The notes under the pieces: model-generated
Databases searched by the model: none
What the model saw: the letters and a program-made list of their open reading frames with translations, nothing else
What the model was told of the DNA's origin: nothing
Made by a program: the position numbers and the translations under genes
Assembly: GCA_035526665.1 (NCBI GenBank)
Contig: DATLBY010000015.1
Location: 1 to 41,429 of the forward strand
DNA from: Bryobacteraceae bacterium
Lineage (GTDB): Bacteria; Acidobacteriota; Terriglobia; Bryobacterales; Bryobacteraceae
Reading direction: 5' to 3'
Length of the DNA stretch: 41,429 bases
In this document: piece after piece, positions 19,605 through 31,100 of the stretch
Numbering within the stretch: the first letter of the stretch is position 1
How the letters are laid out: every line of letters begins with the position of its first letter

Positions 19605-20873
19605 TTAGAGTTCGGTTTTGGTGATCAGCCTGGCGCCGCGGTTGAACGTAATGTAGGTGAAGCCCCAACGGACAAACACCACAAGACGATTCTGGAAACC
19701 TGCCAGGTACATCAGATGCACAAACAGCCAGAGCAGCCATGCCGTCAGTCCGCTGAAGTGCAAGCCTCCGAGCTGCGCCACTCCCGACGCGCGGCCGATT
19801 ACCGCCAGCGATCCCTTGTTCCGGTAGTGAAAAGGCGGAGTGGCTTTCCCCGCGATCCTATCCTGCACCAGCCGCGCCGCGTATCGTCCCTGTTGCATAG
19901 CCGTGGGCGCTACACCCGGCAGTGGCGTGCCGTCCTTACCCTTGCAATGCGCCAGGTCGCCTATCACCAGAATGTTCGGATGATTCGGAATGCTGCAGTC
20001 GCTCGCCACTACGATTCGTCCGCCCCGGTCCAGTTCCGCTCCCGTGCGTTCCGCCAGCCTGCGCCCGAATGACGCGCCTTGCACGCCCGCGGCCCACAAA
20101 ACGGTTCTTGAGGCGATCTGCTCTTCCCCTTTAGGGCCGGTCAGAGTGACACCTCCAGGATCGATATTGGTGACCTTTACGTTCGTACGCGTCCTGACCC
20201 CCAGTTTAATTAGCGAACGCTCCGCCTTCTCCGACAGATCTGGCGGGAATGGCGGCAGCACCCGCGGCGAGCCGTCAAGCAGCAAAATGCGCGCCTCTTC
20301 CGGACGGATAAAGCGGAAATCCTCTTTCAGCGTGTCATTCGCAATCTCCCCCAGTGCGCCCGCCAGTTCCACGCCTGTGGGCCCGGCGCCCACTACCACG
20401 AAAGTGAGCCACGCGCGCCGTTGTTCGGGGTCCGGCTCGCGCTCGGCGGCCTCGAACGCGTATAGAATTCTTTGCCGGATGTGCGTCGCCTCTTCCACCG
20501 TTTTCAAGCCTGGCGCGAACTGTTCCCACGCGCTGTTCCCGAAATAGTGATTTTGGGCTCCGGCCGCCACAATGAGGGTATCGTAGGCCAACCGCGTACC
20601 GTCGTCGAGCCGGATCGTTCGCGTGTCCACGTCTACATCCAGGGCCTCGCCCAGCAGCACGACGGTATTCTTCTGCTTGCGCAAAATCGAGCGTAGCGGC
20701 GATGCAATGTCCCCCGGCGAGAGCGCGCCGGTCGCCACCTGATAAAGGAGCGGCTGAAAAAGATGGAAATTCCGCCGGTCGAGCACCGTCACCTGGAGGT
20801 CCGCCTGCGCGAAGGATTTGGCCGCATACAGGCCGCCGAAGCCGCCGCCGATAATCACTACCTTGTGCGCCAT
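19605..20873 (-). CDS. ndh: type II NADH dehydrogenase / FAD-dependent pyridine nucleotide-disulfide oxidoreductase
   Basis: Two Rossmann motifs, VVIIGGGFGGLYAA and VVVGAGPTGVELAG, plus a C-terminal membrane-anchor-like segment. Confidence 0.85.
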   Translation of the reverse strand: MAHKVVIIGGGFGGLYAAKSFAQADLQVTVLDRRNFHLFQPLLYQVATGALSPGDIASPLRSILRKQKNTVVLLGEALDVDVDTRTIRLDDGTRLAYDTLIVAAGAQNHYFGNSAWEQFAPGLKTVEEATHIRQRILYAFEAAEREPDPEQRRAWLTFVVVGAGPTGVELAGALGEIANDTLKEDFRFIRPEEARILLLDGSPRVLPPFPPDLSEKAERSLIKLGVRTRTNVKVTNIDPGGVTLTGPKGEEQIASRTVLWAAGVQGASFGRRLAERTGAELDRGGRIVVASDCSIPNHPNILVIGDLAHCKGKDGTPLPGVAPTAMQQGRYAARLVQDRIAGKATPPFHYRNKGSLAVIGRASGVAQLGGLHFSGLTAWLLWLFVHLMYLAGFQNRLVVFVRWGFTYITFNRGARLITKTEL

Positions 20874-20887
20874 GGATTATATTCCGC

Positions 20888-21964
20888 TCACCGAGCACCT
20901 GCCGGCTGCAGGCCGAAACGGCGAAGAATCAGAAACTCGGATAGGTTCTCAGTAGTCAGCAATCCCACCAGCTTTTCATTTTCCATCACCAGGGCGCACG
21001 TCCCGGCATTTGCCAGCATCGGGATGGCTTCTGCCAGGTCGTCTTCGGGCGACACCGTCGTGAAGTTTCGATCCATAATGCCGGCAATAAAGGAATCCGG
21101 TCCTTCTGTCGCCATGCCCCGCAGCAGAGCGGTTCGTCCGAGCAGTCCGATAACCTGTTCGCCCAGTACCACCGGAAAATCCTGTTGCGAAGTGGCAATT
21201 AACAGATCCGCGGCATCGCGTAAGGTGCTGCCATGCGGCAGCATACGGAAATCCGTCACCATGGCCGCGCGCACCGGCACTCCGTGCGTCAGTATACGCC
21301 CCGTGGTGATCGCATTCTCCTGCGCGGCCCCCAAATAAACAAAGAAGGCAATGAACACCAGCAGGAAATGCGCATTCAGCAGGCCGTACATGCCGATCCC
21401 GATCGCCAGGAACTGTCCGGCGGAGGCTGCGATCCGCGTCGCCTCGGTTTCGCTCTTGAATCGCGCCAGCACAGCCCGCAGGATCCGTCCGCCATCCATC
21501 GGAAACGCCGGCACCAGGTTGAAGGCCGAGAGTAGCAGATTGCCCAGGCCGATCCTCTGCATCAGGTTCGCATTTGTAGGAACGGCCAAAGCTTCGGCCG
21601 GCAAAAGGCGCCCGGAAAGTGTCAGGTATCCCAGCAGGGCCGCCGCAATCAACAGGTTAACCGCGGGTCCCGCGAGCGCGATCCAAAACTCCTCGGCCGG
21701 CTTCGGCGTCCGCTCCAGGCGCGCCACCCCGCCGATCGGGTACATCACAATCTCCAGCGTCCGGATTCCATACTGCTTGGACACAGCCACATGCCCCAGC
21801 TCGTGCAGCAGCACCGAAAGGAAGAGCCCGCCCATATAGAGGACATTGCTCAGGGCCGACTGATCGCCGGTAACCCCAATGGTGACCAGAAATATGAACA
21901 GCAGGATAAAGGTGAAGTGCAGCCGAATCGGAACGCCGAAAATGCGGAAAGCGCGCGCCTGCAT
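20888..21964 (-). CDS. M50 site-2 protease family protein with C-terminal CBS pair
   Basis: HELGHV zinc motif inside a polytopic membrane domain, a later FNLVPAFPMDGG motif, and a CBS-like C-terminus. Confidence 0.85.
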   Translation of the reverse strand: MQARAFRIFGVPIRLHFTFILLFIFLVTIGVTGDQSALSNVLYMGGLFLSVLLHELGHVAVSKQYGIRTLEIVMYPIGGVARLERTPKPAEEFWIALAGPAVNLLIAAALLGYLTLSGRLLPAEALAVPTNANLMQRIGLGNLLLSAFNLVPAFPMDGGRILRAVLARFKSETEATRIAASAGQFLAIGIGMYGLLNAHFLLVFIAFFVYLGAAQENAITTGRILTHGVPVRAAMVTDFRMLPHGSTLRDAADLLIATSQQDFPVVLGEQVIGLLGRTALLRGMATEGPDSFIAGIMDRNFTTVSPEDDLAEAIPMLANAGTCALVMENEKLVGLLTTENLSEFLILRRFGLQPAGAR

Positions 21965-22076
21965 AGACAGAATCAGTGTAGCGGGTCGGACGCTAGTGCA
22001 TACGCCGCCGGTTCCCTATCAGGATGGCAAGCAACAATGGAATTCCGAGGTTATGATCTTTTAGAAGGACGGTCAC

Positions 22077-23159
22077 ATGGATCATTTAACAAGACGAACT
22101 TTCGCAGCGGCTGGCCTGGCGGCGGCCGCATCCACGCAGGTGTCTGGAGCCAAGCCGCTGGAGCCTTTTACTCCGGGCATCAAGATCTCGATGCAGGTGG
22201 GGGAGAACGTCACTCCGGAAGAGTTGACCTGGATCAAGCAGATGGGCGTCGAGTACCTGAACGTCCAGACTGGAAAAGGGAGGGCAACGCTCGAGAACTT
22301 TCTCGATATCAAGAAACGGGCCGAGGCCTCCGGCCTGCGTGTATGGAACATTTCCAACAACGACAACCGCAATATTGAAGAAGTAGTGTTGAACCTGCCT
22401 GGCCGCGATGAGAAAATCGCCTGGCTCAAACAGTACATTCGCGATACAGGGAAAGCGGGCATCGGCTACATCACCTATGCCCACATGGCGAACGGTATCT
22501 GGTCAAGCGCGCCGGAAACGACTCGCGGCGGTGGCGCTGCGCGAGCTTTCAAAATGGAGACGGCAAAAGGTCATTGGAGCGATAAAGTTTACGAAGCGCC
22601 TTTGACGCATGGCCGCAAATACTCGAAAGAAGAACTCTGGGACAACTACACATACTTCATACGTCAGATAGCTCCGGTTGCCGAAGAAGCAGGAGTTCGT
22701 ATCGGTATTCATCCGGATGATCCGCCAGTTCCAGAGCTCGGAGGTATACCGCGGCACATCTTCGGAACTTTTGACGGGTATGTGCGGGCTTTGGAGATCG
22801 CCAACTCACCCGCCATCGGTGTCTGCCTCTGCTGCGGAACCTGGATGGAAGGTGGTAAGCAGACAGGCAAGGATGTCTTTGAGGCGGCCCGCGCCTTCGC
22901 GAAGATGGGCAAGCTTTGGAAGATTCACTTTCGCAACGTTACGGCGCCGATTCCTTACTTCGTCGAGACGTACATTGATAACGGCTATACCGACATGTGG
23001 AAATTGATGAAGGTCCTGGTCGATGTGGATTTTCGGGGCAATCTCATCGCCGATCATGTCCCCGAAATGGCTGGGGGCCGCCAGTCAGCTTGGTCGTACA
23101 GCATGGGCTACATTCGTGCGCTCTATGCAGCTGCCCAAGCCGAGCGAAAGCGCGGCTAA
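22077..23159 (+). CDS. uxuA: UxuA-family (mannonate dehydratase-like) TIM-barrel enzyme with twin-arginine signal-like N-terminus
   Basis: IAPVAEEAGVRIGIHPDDPPVPELGGIPRH aligns with the E. coli UxuA core [29 protein letters not shown]. The N-terminus is MDHLTRRTFAAAGLAAAASTQVSGA. Confidence 0.8.
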   Translation: MDHLTRRTFAAAGLAAAASTQVSGAKPLEPFTPGIKISMQVGENVTPEELTWIKQMGVEYLNVQTGKGRATLENFLDIKKRAEASGLRVWNISNNDNRNIEEVVLNLPGRDEKIAWLKQYIRDTGKAGIGYITYAHMANGIWSSAPETTRGGGAARAFKMETAKGHWSDKVYEAPLTHGRKYSKEELWDNYTYFIRQIAPVAEEAGVRIGIHPDDPPVPELGGIPRHIFGTFDGYVRALEIANSPAIGVCLCCGTWMEGGKQTGKDVFEAARAFAKMGKLWKIHFRNVTAPIPYFVETYIDNGYTDMWKLMKVLVDVDFRGNLIADHVPEMAGGRQSAWSYSMGYIRALYAAAQAERKRG

Positions 23160-23179
23160 TATATACGCACTTCACCATC

Positions 23180-24493
23180 ATGACTCGACGAACCTTTGGG
23201 AACTCTGTTTTAGCACTGCCGGCTATTTCCGCCGCTACCGCCCAGGTCGTACAGCGGCGCACCACCGGCTTGCCGCCACTCAAGATCACCGATGTCAAGG
23301 TGATCCCTACCAGTGGAGGCAGGCGGTATCGCTGGACGTTAATAAAGATTGAAACCAGTGAGCCTGGCCTCTACGGAATCGGCTCGGCTAGCAACCACTT
23401 TCAGACCCATGCCGTTGTGGCCGCAATCGAACATCACCTGCGCCCCTTCCTGCTTGGTAAAAATCCCGATCAGATCGAGGACCTCTGGCAAAGTGCCCAC
23501 CTGCGGACCTACTGGCGCAATGGGCCGGTCAATAATAATGCCATCTCCGGCATGGACATGGCGCTCTGGGACATCAAGGGTAAGCGCGCCGGCATGCCTG
23601 TCTATGAGTTGCTCGGCGGGAAGGTCCGGGACGCCGTGCCCTGCTACGATCACGCTGGCGGCAGCGATGCTTCCGCGGCGGTTGACTCCGTGCAGAAGTC
23701 GCTGGCGAAAGGTTTCCGCCATGTCCGCGTCCAATTCGGCAGCTATGGCGGAGGCGGCTTCATCCCCGCCGGACAAGGTTCACGCCCGGAGGGGCGCGCC
23801 AACACGCCCGCTTTTGACGAGGAGACTTACGTGACGCGCGTGGTTGGGATGTTTGAGCAGGTGCGGGCAAAACTCGGCTTTGAACCCAAGCTCTGCCATG
23901 ATGTTCACTCCCATCTCACAGGAGTAAACGCCGCAGAGTTCTGCCGCCGTTTACAGCCGCTGCAGATGTACTTCGTGGAAGACGTACTTCCACCCGAGCA
24001 GATTGCCTGGTACAAGCACATCCGGCAGGTCTGTACGACACCCCAGGCTATCGGCGAACTGTTCACGCATCCCTACGAGTATCTGCCTCTGATTACTGAC
24101 CGGCTGATCGACTTTGTGCGATGCCGGGTTTCCGCCATTGGAGGCATAACCCAAGCCGCCAAGATCGCAAATCTGTGTGAGGTCTTTGGTCTTAAGACTG
24201 CGTTTCAGGAGGGTGGCGATAATGACCCCGTCAACCAGCTGGCCGCCTATCACGTCGACATCTCAAGCCCTGCGTTCGGAATCCAGGAAGAGAACGCCTT
24301 CCCGCCATCTGCTCGGGACATGCTGCCCGGCTGTGGTGACATTCGAGGCGGTTATTTGTATGGCAGCGGAAAACCAGGCCTTGGTATCGAAATCAACGAA
24401 CAGTTGGCTGCGAAGTATCCGCTCGAACCGATTCAGGATGGGAGCCCGTATCCGTTGGACCGAACCTTAGACGGCGCGCTTGTTAAGCCCTGA
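23180..24493 (+). CDS. manD: enolase-superfamily dehydratase of the ManD (D-mannonate/gluconate dehydratase) subgroup with twin-arginine signal-like N-terminus
   Basis: KITDVKVI...LIKIETSEPGLYGIG...MALWDIKGKRAGMPVYELLGG is colinear with ManD proteins. ATG 23180 gives MTRRTFGNSVLALPAISAATAQ. Confidence 0.75.
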   Translation: MTRRTFGNSVLALPAISAATAQVVQRRTTGLPPLKITDVKVIPTSGGRRYRWTLIKIETSEPGLYGIGSASNHFQTHAVVAAIEHHLRPFLLGKNPDQIEDLWQSAHLRTYWRNGPVNNNAISGMDMALWDIKGKRAGMPVYELLGGKVRDAVPCYDHAGGSDASAAVDSVQKSLAKGFRHVRVQFGSYGGGGFIPAGQGSRPEGRANTPAFDEETYVTRVVGMFEQVRAKLGFEPKLCHDVHSHLTGVNAAEFCRRLQPLQMYFVEDVLPPEQIAWYKHIRQVCTTPQAIGELFTHPYEYLPLITDRLIDFVRCRVSAIGGITQAAKIANLCEVFGLKTAFQEGGDNDPVNQLAAYHVDISSPAFGIQEENAFPPSARDMLPGCGDIRGGYLYGSGKPGLGIEINEQLAAKYPLEPIQDGSPYPLDRTLDGALVKP

Positions 24494-24578
24494 TTAGCCG
24501 GGTGCGCAGCCGATGCGGTTCGACACCTGCCTTGCGGATGCGATATAGTCTTGCGAGATTGCGCAAAGGAGTGTTCCT

Positions 24579-27500
24579 ATGACTCTCGGCAGAATCCGTG
24601 GTCCTATTATGTATGGCTGCTTCTTCTTGCTCGCCTACTCCGCATTTCCGCAGGGCGAGCGAGCTACCATCTCCGGAACCGTCTCAGACACCACGCAGGC
24701 GATTATTCCCGGAGTGAAGGTCTCGCTGAAAAATGTTGCGACGAACAGCTCGGCCACGGCTGAATCCAATTCTTCCGGAATTTACGTGTTTCCTTCGCTT
24801 AGTCCCGGCACATACGAACTGACCTTTGAGAAGGAGGGTTTTCGAACCCGCCGTGTCTCTGACATTCCCCTTAGCACAGGCCTCACTGCCACAATAAACG
24901 CGGTGATGGATGTGGGTTCCGTCTCCGAGTCCGTCTCTGTACAAGCATCCGCCGTACAACTGGAAACCCAGACGTCGGGACTGAGCTCTACGGTCGAGAC
25001 CAGACGCGTGGTAGAGCTTCCCTTGCTGGGCCGCAACCCGCTCCAACTGGCATCGCTGTCTCCGGGAGTAATCCCGACCTCTGCGCAGGGTGGCAACGGC
25101 TCTGGAGCGATCGGAAGCGCGACCAACGCGCGTATCAGCGGCGGCCTCGCGATGCAGAACGCTGTCCTCATGGACGGCGGGGAATCACGAGGATTTACCA
25201 GTGGCGGCCAGTCGTACTCAGTTCCGCTGGAATCCGTTGCGGAGTTCAAGGTTGAGACTGCTTCCTACTCGTCGGAGTTCGGTCACGCAGGCGGAGGCGT
25301 AGTGAACGTGGCTACCAAGAGCGGCACGAATCAGTATCATGGTGTGCTTTACGAGTTCTTGCGCAATGACCATCTGAACGCTAACAGCTGGTCAAACAAC
25401 CGGAACAACGTTCCCCGCGGACTTTTTATTCGCAACGAGTATGGAGCTGCTGTTGGCGGACGCATCATTCGCGACCGTACCTTCTTCTTTGCGAACTACG
25501 AAGCCATCCGTCAGGGCAGCCCGGACCAGTTTCTCGCCACCGTGCCAACCGCCGAACAGAAGGCCGGCGACTTCTCCAAGACATTGGATAGTCAAGGCCG
25601 CATGATCGTTGTGTACGACTACCTGACGACCCGCTCGGATCCAAATAACCCCGGCAAGTTCATCCGTGATCCGTTTCCCGGAAATCGCATTCCGGAACCC
25701 CGCATTCACCCGATCTCGAAAAACGTTTTAAAATATTGGCCTGAGCCGAATCGGGCTGGCGACGGCCTGGCTAACCAGCGAAACTACTTCTTGGCGGGCA
25801 AGAACATCAATCCGGTGGACATTTGGTTCGCGCGCATCGATCATCAGATCAGCACTCGGCATCGTCTTTTCGGGCGTACCGGAGGCTCGCAGAACGATAG
25901 CTTTTCTACCCTTGCAGAGCAAGCGTTCCCAGCCAAGACGATCAGCTCCAATCCCACTCGTACAGCGCTCATCAGCCTCACCTCGACCTTTACGCCTAAC
26001 ATCCTGGGTGAGGCCCGAATCTCTTATACGCGCCTTCAGTTCAACTCTTACCCGGTAAGTGAAGGCTTTGATATGGCGACACTGGGTTTCGGAAGCAACG
26101 TCACGTCAAACGTTCTCTATAAGCAGTTTCCACAGATCACCGTCCAGCAATACAACTCAGGCTCCGGCCTGGTCGTCTCCACCTTTAACGCCAGTGAGAT
26201 TGACCAGCTTGGCGGAGCAACCAAGACGCTGGCCCCGCAGGATACCTGGCATGCGCAATATCATGTGACGTGGGTCAAGGGCCGGCATAAGATCAAGAGC
26301 GGCGCAGACGCGCAACTTCTCCGGATGAACGGGTACAACTCCCAGTTCTCTGCTGGACAGTACTTCTTTGACCGCGTCTACAGTCAAGGCCCCGACCCGT
26401 CCGCTTCCGCATCGAATTCGGGCCACGGATTCGCAAGCCTTCTGCTCGGCGTTCCCGCAAGCGGAACCCTTACATTTACGCCGCGAATGTTCCTCTTTCA
26501 GCACTACCGTGCGGCGTATATTCATGACGACTGGCGCTTGACGAACCGCCTGACGGTCAACATCGGCCTCCGGTATGAGTACACATCCCCTTACGCGGAG
26601 AAGTGGGGCAATATCGGCCAGTTCGATGCCAATGGGACCGAGCCGGTCACCGGCGCGAAGGGCGTCTTCAAGTGGGTTTCTCCCGGCGGCTATCACACCG
26701 ATCCTAATTACAAGACTTTCAGCCCCCGTTTAGGCTTGGCGTATCAGCTGAATTCCAAGACGGTGATTCGCACGGGCGCCGCAATCCTCAATGCTGCTAA
26801 TAACGGTTTGAATGCGGCCGCTACCGATTTCGGTTCTGGAACGTTCGTTTCAAACTTTCTTTCCCTTGGCCCGCCTAATCCAGCCCCTTTTACTCCTCCG
26901 GTAGGCGGATCGTGGTCGAACCCTTTTGCGGCAGGCTTCACTTATCCACAAAAAGGGACCACCACTTTTGCGGGACAAAATATTCGTGTGGACTTTCCTG
27001 ACCACCCTCTTGCCTACATTGCCAATTGGAATTTCGGCATTCAGCGCGAAATTACTTCCTCCATCATTGGGGAGGTCGCCTACGTGGGCAGCAAGATCAC
27101 CCATCTGTTTTGGAACCGGCAAGAAAATGCCAATGATCCTCTTCTCCTCTCGCAGTGGGGATCGAGGCTGGAAGATGTGGTGCCGAATCCCTATTTCGGC
27201 AAGGTAACCAGTGGCACGCTTAGCTTCCCAACGGTCCGCCGCAAACAATTGCTCAGGCCATTTCCGCAGTATCAGCAAATTCTGGCGATACGCCGTCCCT
27301 ATGGCGATGCGAGCTATCAGAGTATGACCGCGCGCGTGGAGAAGCGGTATTCCAGCAATCTTACCCTTGCTGTCGCGTATACGCTGTCTAAGAGCATATC
27401 CTCCACTGGCGAAAGCAACACCTGGGTTGTGGGCCCTTCGAATGCGCTTTACGATCCCAAATATAATCGCTCGCACGAAGCGAACGACACGCCGCACCGG

Positions 27501-28037
27501 CTGGTGATCAGCCACTTGTATGATCTGCCTTTCGGTAAAGGTAAACGGTGGGCGCAGTCTGGCGTTGCCAACTGGCTGCTCGGGGGATGGCAGTGGAACG
27601 GCATCACCGTATTGCAAGCGGGCCGTCCTATCCTGATAACGGCCCCCGACAACACCGGCCTTCTCGATTTTTCTTATACAAACGGTCGTGCCGATCGCCT
27701 GAAGAGCGGGGTACTTGGCAGCGGCCAGTCTCTCGACCGCTGGTTCGATACCAGTTCTTTCAAAGCAGCCGCTCCCTACACGGTTCCTACCGACTCCCTC
27801 TCACAGCCTGACCTCAGGGGACCCGGCCGCAAGAGCTTCGATATGTCGCTGTTCAAAAACACACGCCCCCGCGAGTGGCTCAACGTGCAATTTCGGGCGG
27901 AGTTCTTCAATCTGTTCAACACTCCTTTTTTTGAAGCGCGCAACCAGACCACCGATGTCACCAACCCTGACTTCGGCCGCATCTTACAGGGATCTAATCC
28001 GCGGAATGTTCAGTTCGGGCTCCGATTGGTGTTTTGA
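24579..28037 (+). CDS. TonB-dependent receptor with carboxypeptidase-regulatory-like N-domain (intact)
   Basis: AGGAG lies 7 nt upstream of the ATG. ISGTVSD...GVKVSL (CarbopepD_reg-like), plug region LPLLGRNPLQLASLSPGV, and a C-terminal QFGLRLVF. Confidence 0.9.
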   Translation: MTLGRIRGPIMYGCFFLLAYSAFPQGERATISGTVSDTTQAIIPGVKVSLKNVATNSSATAESNSSGIYVFPSLSPGTYELTFEKEGFRTRRVSDIPLSTGLTATINAVMDVGSVSESVSVQASAVQLETQTSGLSSTVETRRVVELPLLGRNPLQLASLSPGVIPTSAQGGNGSGAIGSATNARISGGLAMQNAVLMDGGESRGFTSGGQSYSVPLESVAEFKVETASYSSEFGHAGGGVVNVATKSGTNQYHGVLYEFLRNDHLNANSWSNNRNNVPRGLFIRNEYGAAVGGRIIRDRTFFFANYEAIRQGSPDQFLATVPTAEQKAGDFSKTLDSQGRMIVVYDYLTTRSDPNNPGKFIRDPFPGNRIPEPRIHPISKNVLKYWPEPNRAGDGLANQRNYFLAGKNINPVDIWFARIDHQISTRHRLFGRTGGSQNDSFSTLAEQAFPAKTISSNPTRTALISLTSTFTPNILGEARISYTRLQFNSYPVSEGFDMATLGFGSNVTSNVLYKQFPQITVQQYNSGSGLVVSTFNASEIDQLGGATKTLAPQDTWHAQYHVTWVKGRHKIKSGADAQLLRMNGYNSQFSAGQYFFDRVYSQGPDPSASASNSGHGFASLLLGVPASGTLTFTPRMFLFQHYRAAYIHDDWRLTNRLTVNIGLRYEYTSPYAEKWGNIGQFDANGTEPVTGAKGVFKWVSPGGYHTDPNYKTFSPRLGLAYQLNSKTVIRTGAAILNAANNGLNAAATDFGSGTFVSNFLSLGPPNPAPFTPPVGGSWSNPFAAGFTYPQKGTTTFAGQNIRVDFPDHPLAYIANWNFGIQREITSSIIGEVAYVGSKITHLFWNRQENANDPLLLSQWGSRLEDVVPNPYFGKVTSGTLSFPTVRRKQLLRPFPQYQQILAIRRPYGDASYQSMTARVEKRYSSNLTLAVAYTLSKSISSTGESNTWVVGPSNALYDPKYNRSHEANDTPHRLVISHLYDLPFGKGKRWAQSGVANWLLGGWQWNGITVLQAGRPILITAPDNTGLLDFSYTNGRADRLKSGVLGSGQSLDRWFDTSSFKAAAPYTVPTDSLSQPDLRGPGRKSFDMSLFKNTRPREWLNVQFRAEFFNLFNTPFFEARNQTTDVTNPDFGRILQGSNPRNVQFGLRLVF

Positions 28038-28135
28038 GATGGGACGAATTTCGTGGCGTAAATCAATAGCCCGTTGAAGCAAGCGGATGGGTGGATGTAC
28101 CACACTGCGGCTTTTCAGGATGCAAGGAGTTTAGG

Positions 28136-31100
28136 ATGCATAAAACAGTAAAGTGGGTGCTGTCCGCCCTTTTCGCGTTCTTCACAATTTCCAGCCTGGC
28201 ACAGGGGCAAACCGGCGAAATTTCCGGCGCCGCCTTCGATTCCTCTGGAGGCGTAGTCACCGGAGCCGTCATCACGGTCACCAACCCCGCCACAAACACG
28301 CAGCGTACTGCGACTTCGAACGCTTCCGGCATTTACAACATCCCCGCGCTTCCGCCCGGCGTGTATAACGTGAAAATTGAATTTACCGGGTTCTCCTCGC
28401 AAACGCGCAATGGTATCGAGTTGCAAGTCGGCCAAGTTGCCCGCATCGACTTTACCCTCCAGGTCGGCAACGTCGCGGAGACGGTAAATGTCACCGGCGG
28501 CGCGCCGGTACTCGATACGGAGACCACGTCGGTAGGCACGGTGATTGAGAATCGCCGCATCGTCGAACTGCCCCTCAACGGCCGCAACTACCTGCAACTC
28601 GCCTCTCTGATTCCAGGCGCCACCACTATCGGTCCGGCCTCCTCGCAAGGCCAGCAGCGTATGGGCGGCGCCCGCAACAGCTTCGCGCTGAATGTAGCCG
28701 GACAACGGGTCCATTTCAATCATTATTCGCTCGACGGAATGGAAAACACGGACCCGAACTTCAACACGTATCTGTTCCTCCCCTCCATCGACGCGCTGCA
28801 GGAGTTTAAGGTTGAGTCCGGTGTCTTTGGCGCCGAATATGGCCGTGCCATCGCTCAAATCAACGTCTCCACTAAATCCGGTACAAATCAGTTTCACGGC
28901 GTGGCCTTTGAATTTCTGCGTAACTCGTATTTCGACGCGAAGAACTTTTTCGCGCGCGTCAATCCCCCCTTCAAGCGCAACCAGTATGGCGGAACTTTCT
29001 CCGGACCGGTCACGCTTCCGAAACTTTTCAATGGCAAGGACAAGCTGTTCTTCATGTTCAACTACGAAGGGCTGCGCGAGCGCCGTGCCCTCACACAGAC
29101 GAATACTCTGCCTGACGCCCGCTATCGCTCGGGGAACTTCGGCTTCCTGAATAAGGCTATCCGGGATCCGCTCAATCCAGGTCAGGTATTCGCGAATGGA
29201 ATCATTCCGGAGAGCCGTATCAGTCCGATATCCCGGAAGGTGCTAAATGACTTCTTTCCATTGCCCAATCAGGCCGGTACTGGCGCTTTGGGTCTTGCCG
29301 GCAACTATCTGAACGACGAGGGACGCCGTACCGACGGCGATCAATACACCTTCCGCGCTGATCTCACCGCGATTCAGAATCAAACCTTTTTCTTCCGCTT
29401 CAGCCAGACCAAGGAGCCGCAGTATATACCTTCGGCGATTGCCGGCCAGGGCAATGACGTTGCCATTCTAGGCCAACAAGGCATCCTAGGGCACACCATG
29501 GTCCTGGGAGCGAATAAGGTCAACGAGTTCAAGTTCGGCATGAACTACTTCAACTCGCGCAATATTCAGCAGCGGGCTTTCCAGCGCAACGTCGTCGGAG
29601 AGCTGGGATTGCAGGGCGTCTCTCAAGATCCGCTGTTCTGGGGAATTCCTGTCTTTCAGATCTCTGGATTTGCCAATGTTGGCGAATGTAACGACTGCCC
29701 GTTCGTTAATTGGAATACCACCTTCCAGGTCAGCGACAATTTCTCCTGGACGAGCGGCAAGCACAACGTCAAGGTCGGTGGAGAATATCGGCGGCTCCGC
29801 TACAACCAGATCGGCGCTGTGGTTCCGCGAGGGCGCTTCAGTTGGAACGGCCAGTATACCGGCGAACCCATGGCTGACATGCTGCTTGGCGTCATGTCCG
29901 GAACCGAAGGGCAGGTAGGCGCGCCCATCGCCAACTTCCGTAACACTTACCTCGCCGGTTACATTCAGGACACTTGGAAAATAACGCCCAAGTTGACCAT
30001 GAATTGGGGGCTTCGCTGGGAATATGAATCGCCCTTCTACGACAAGCACGATGCCATCGTGAACGTCGACTTCCGCTGGGACAACTCCATTGAACCCACC
30101 TTCGTCCGCGCAGGCACGGGCGATCTCAATGAGGGGAATCCCGCGTTCCCCGCGCCGCCAACCTGGAAACTGGTGCGCGACGGGCGATTCGGACGCGGAG
30201 CAGGCCGCCCCGACAAAAATGACTTTGGACCGCGCCTTGGGCTGGCATACCAATTGACATCAAAGACGGTGTTGCGCGCCGGCGGAGGTATCTACTACGT
30301 TCGCGACATCGGCAATGCGGTGTTTGATATCGTCCGCAATATTCCGTTCACCATCCGCCAGTCGGAAACCGCCAACACGCTTAGCCCCAACCTGACCTGG
30401 AACCGCCTCTTCACGCAAACCGGCGCCCCCAGCTTCCTGCTGATTAACCAGTACGGCGAGCCAACGTCCTACGTCGCTCAATGGCAGGCCTCCATTCAGC
30501 GCGAGCTGACACAGAACATGTCGCTCGAATTGACCTACATGGGTTCAGCCGGTATCAAATTGCGCCGGCTGGCGAGTTACAACCTGCCTCAGCCGGGTCC
30601 CGGCAACCCCAACAACAATCGCCCCTTTCCAAAATTCAATGGCGCCTTCCAGAATATGTACGCAGCAGCTCACTCCAACTACCATTCGTTGCAGGCGCGC
30701 CTGCAGCACCGGTTCGCGCACGGCTTCACGCTGCTGGGATCTTACGCCTATGCAAAGTCGATCGACAACGGATCTGGCGTCCGCACTACGGACGGTGACC
30801 CGCTTACGCCCATGGATCCGGACCGCGCGCTCTGGCGCGATCGCGGCCTCTCGGCGTTTGATTTCCGTCATCGACTGACCACTTCGTTTCTCTTCGAGAT
30901 GCCCTTCGGCAGAGGACGGCAGTTTGACATCATCAACCCCGTGGTCAATTCCATTTTCGGCGGCTGGCAACTGGGAGGTATCCTGACCTTCCAGAGCGGT
31001 TTCCCGTTCAGCCCGTTCTGCGGTCCTGGTAATATCCAGAACGGCGCCGGCGGCTGGTGTGCGCCCGACGCGATCGCCGGCGCAAACGGCAATGCGGGTC

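Noticed and set aside
24517-24531. GGTTCGA T-loop-like motif suggesting a tRNA
   Set aside because: The flanking bases (TGCGG / CCTGC) do not form a T-stem, and no acceptor or anticodon arms can be drawn.
26850-30253. Several 179-260-aa minus-strand ORFs inside the two receptor genes (also 28115-28897 and 30545-31402)
   Set aside because: All are antisense to intact TonB-dependent receptor frames that match each other along their full length.
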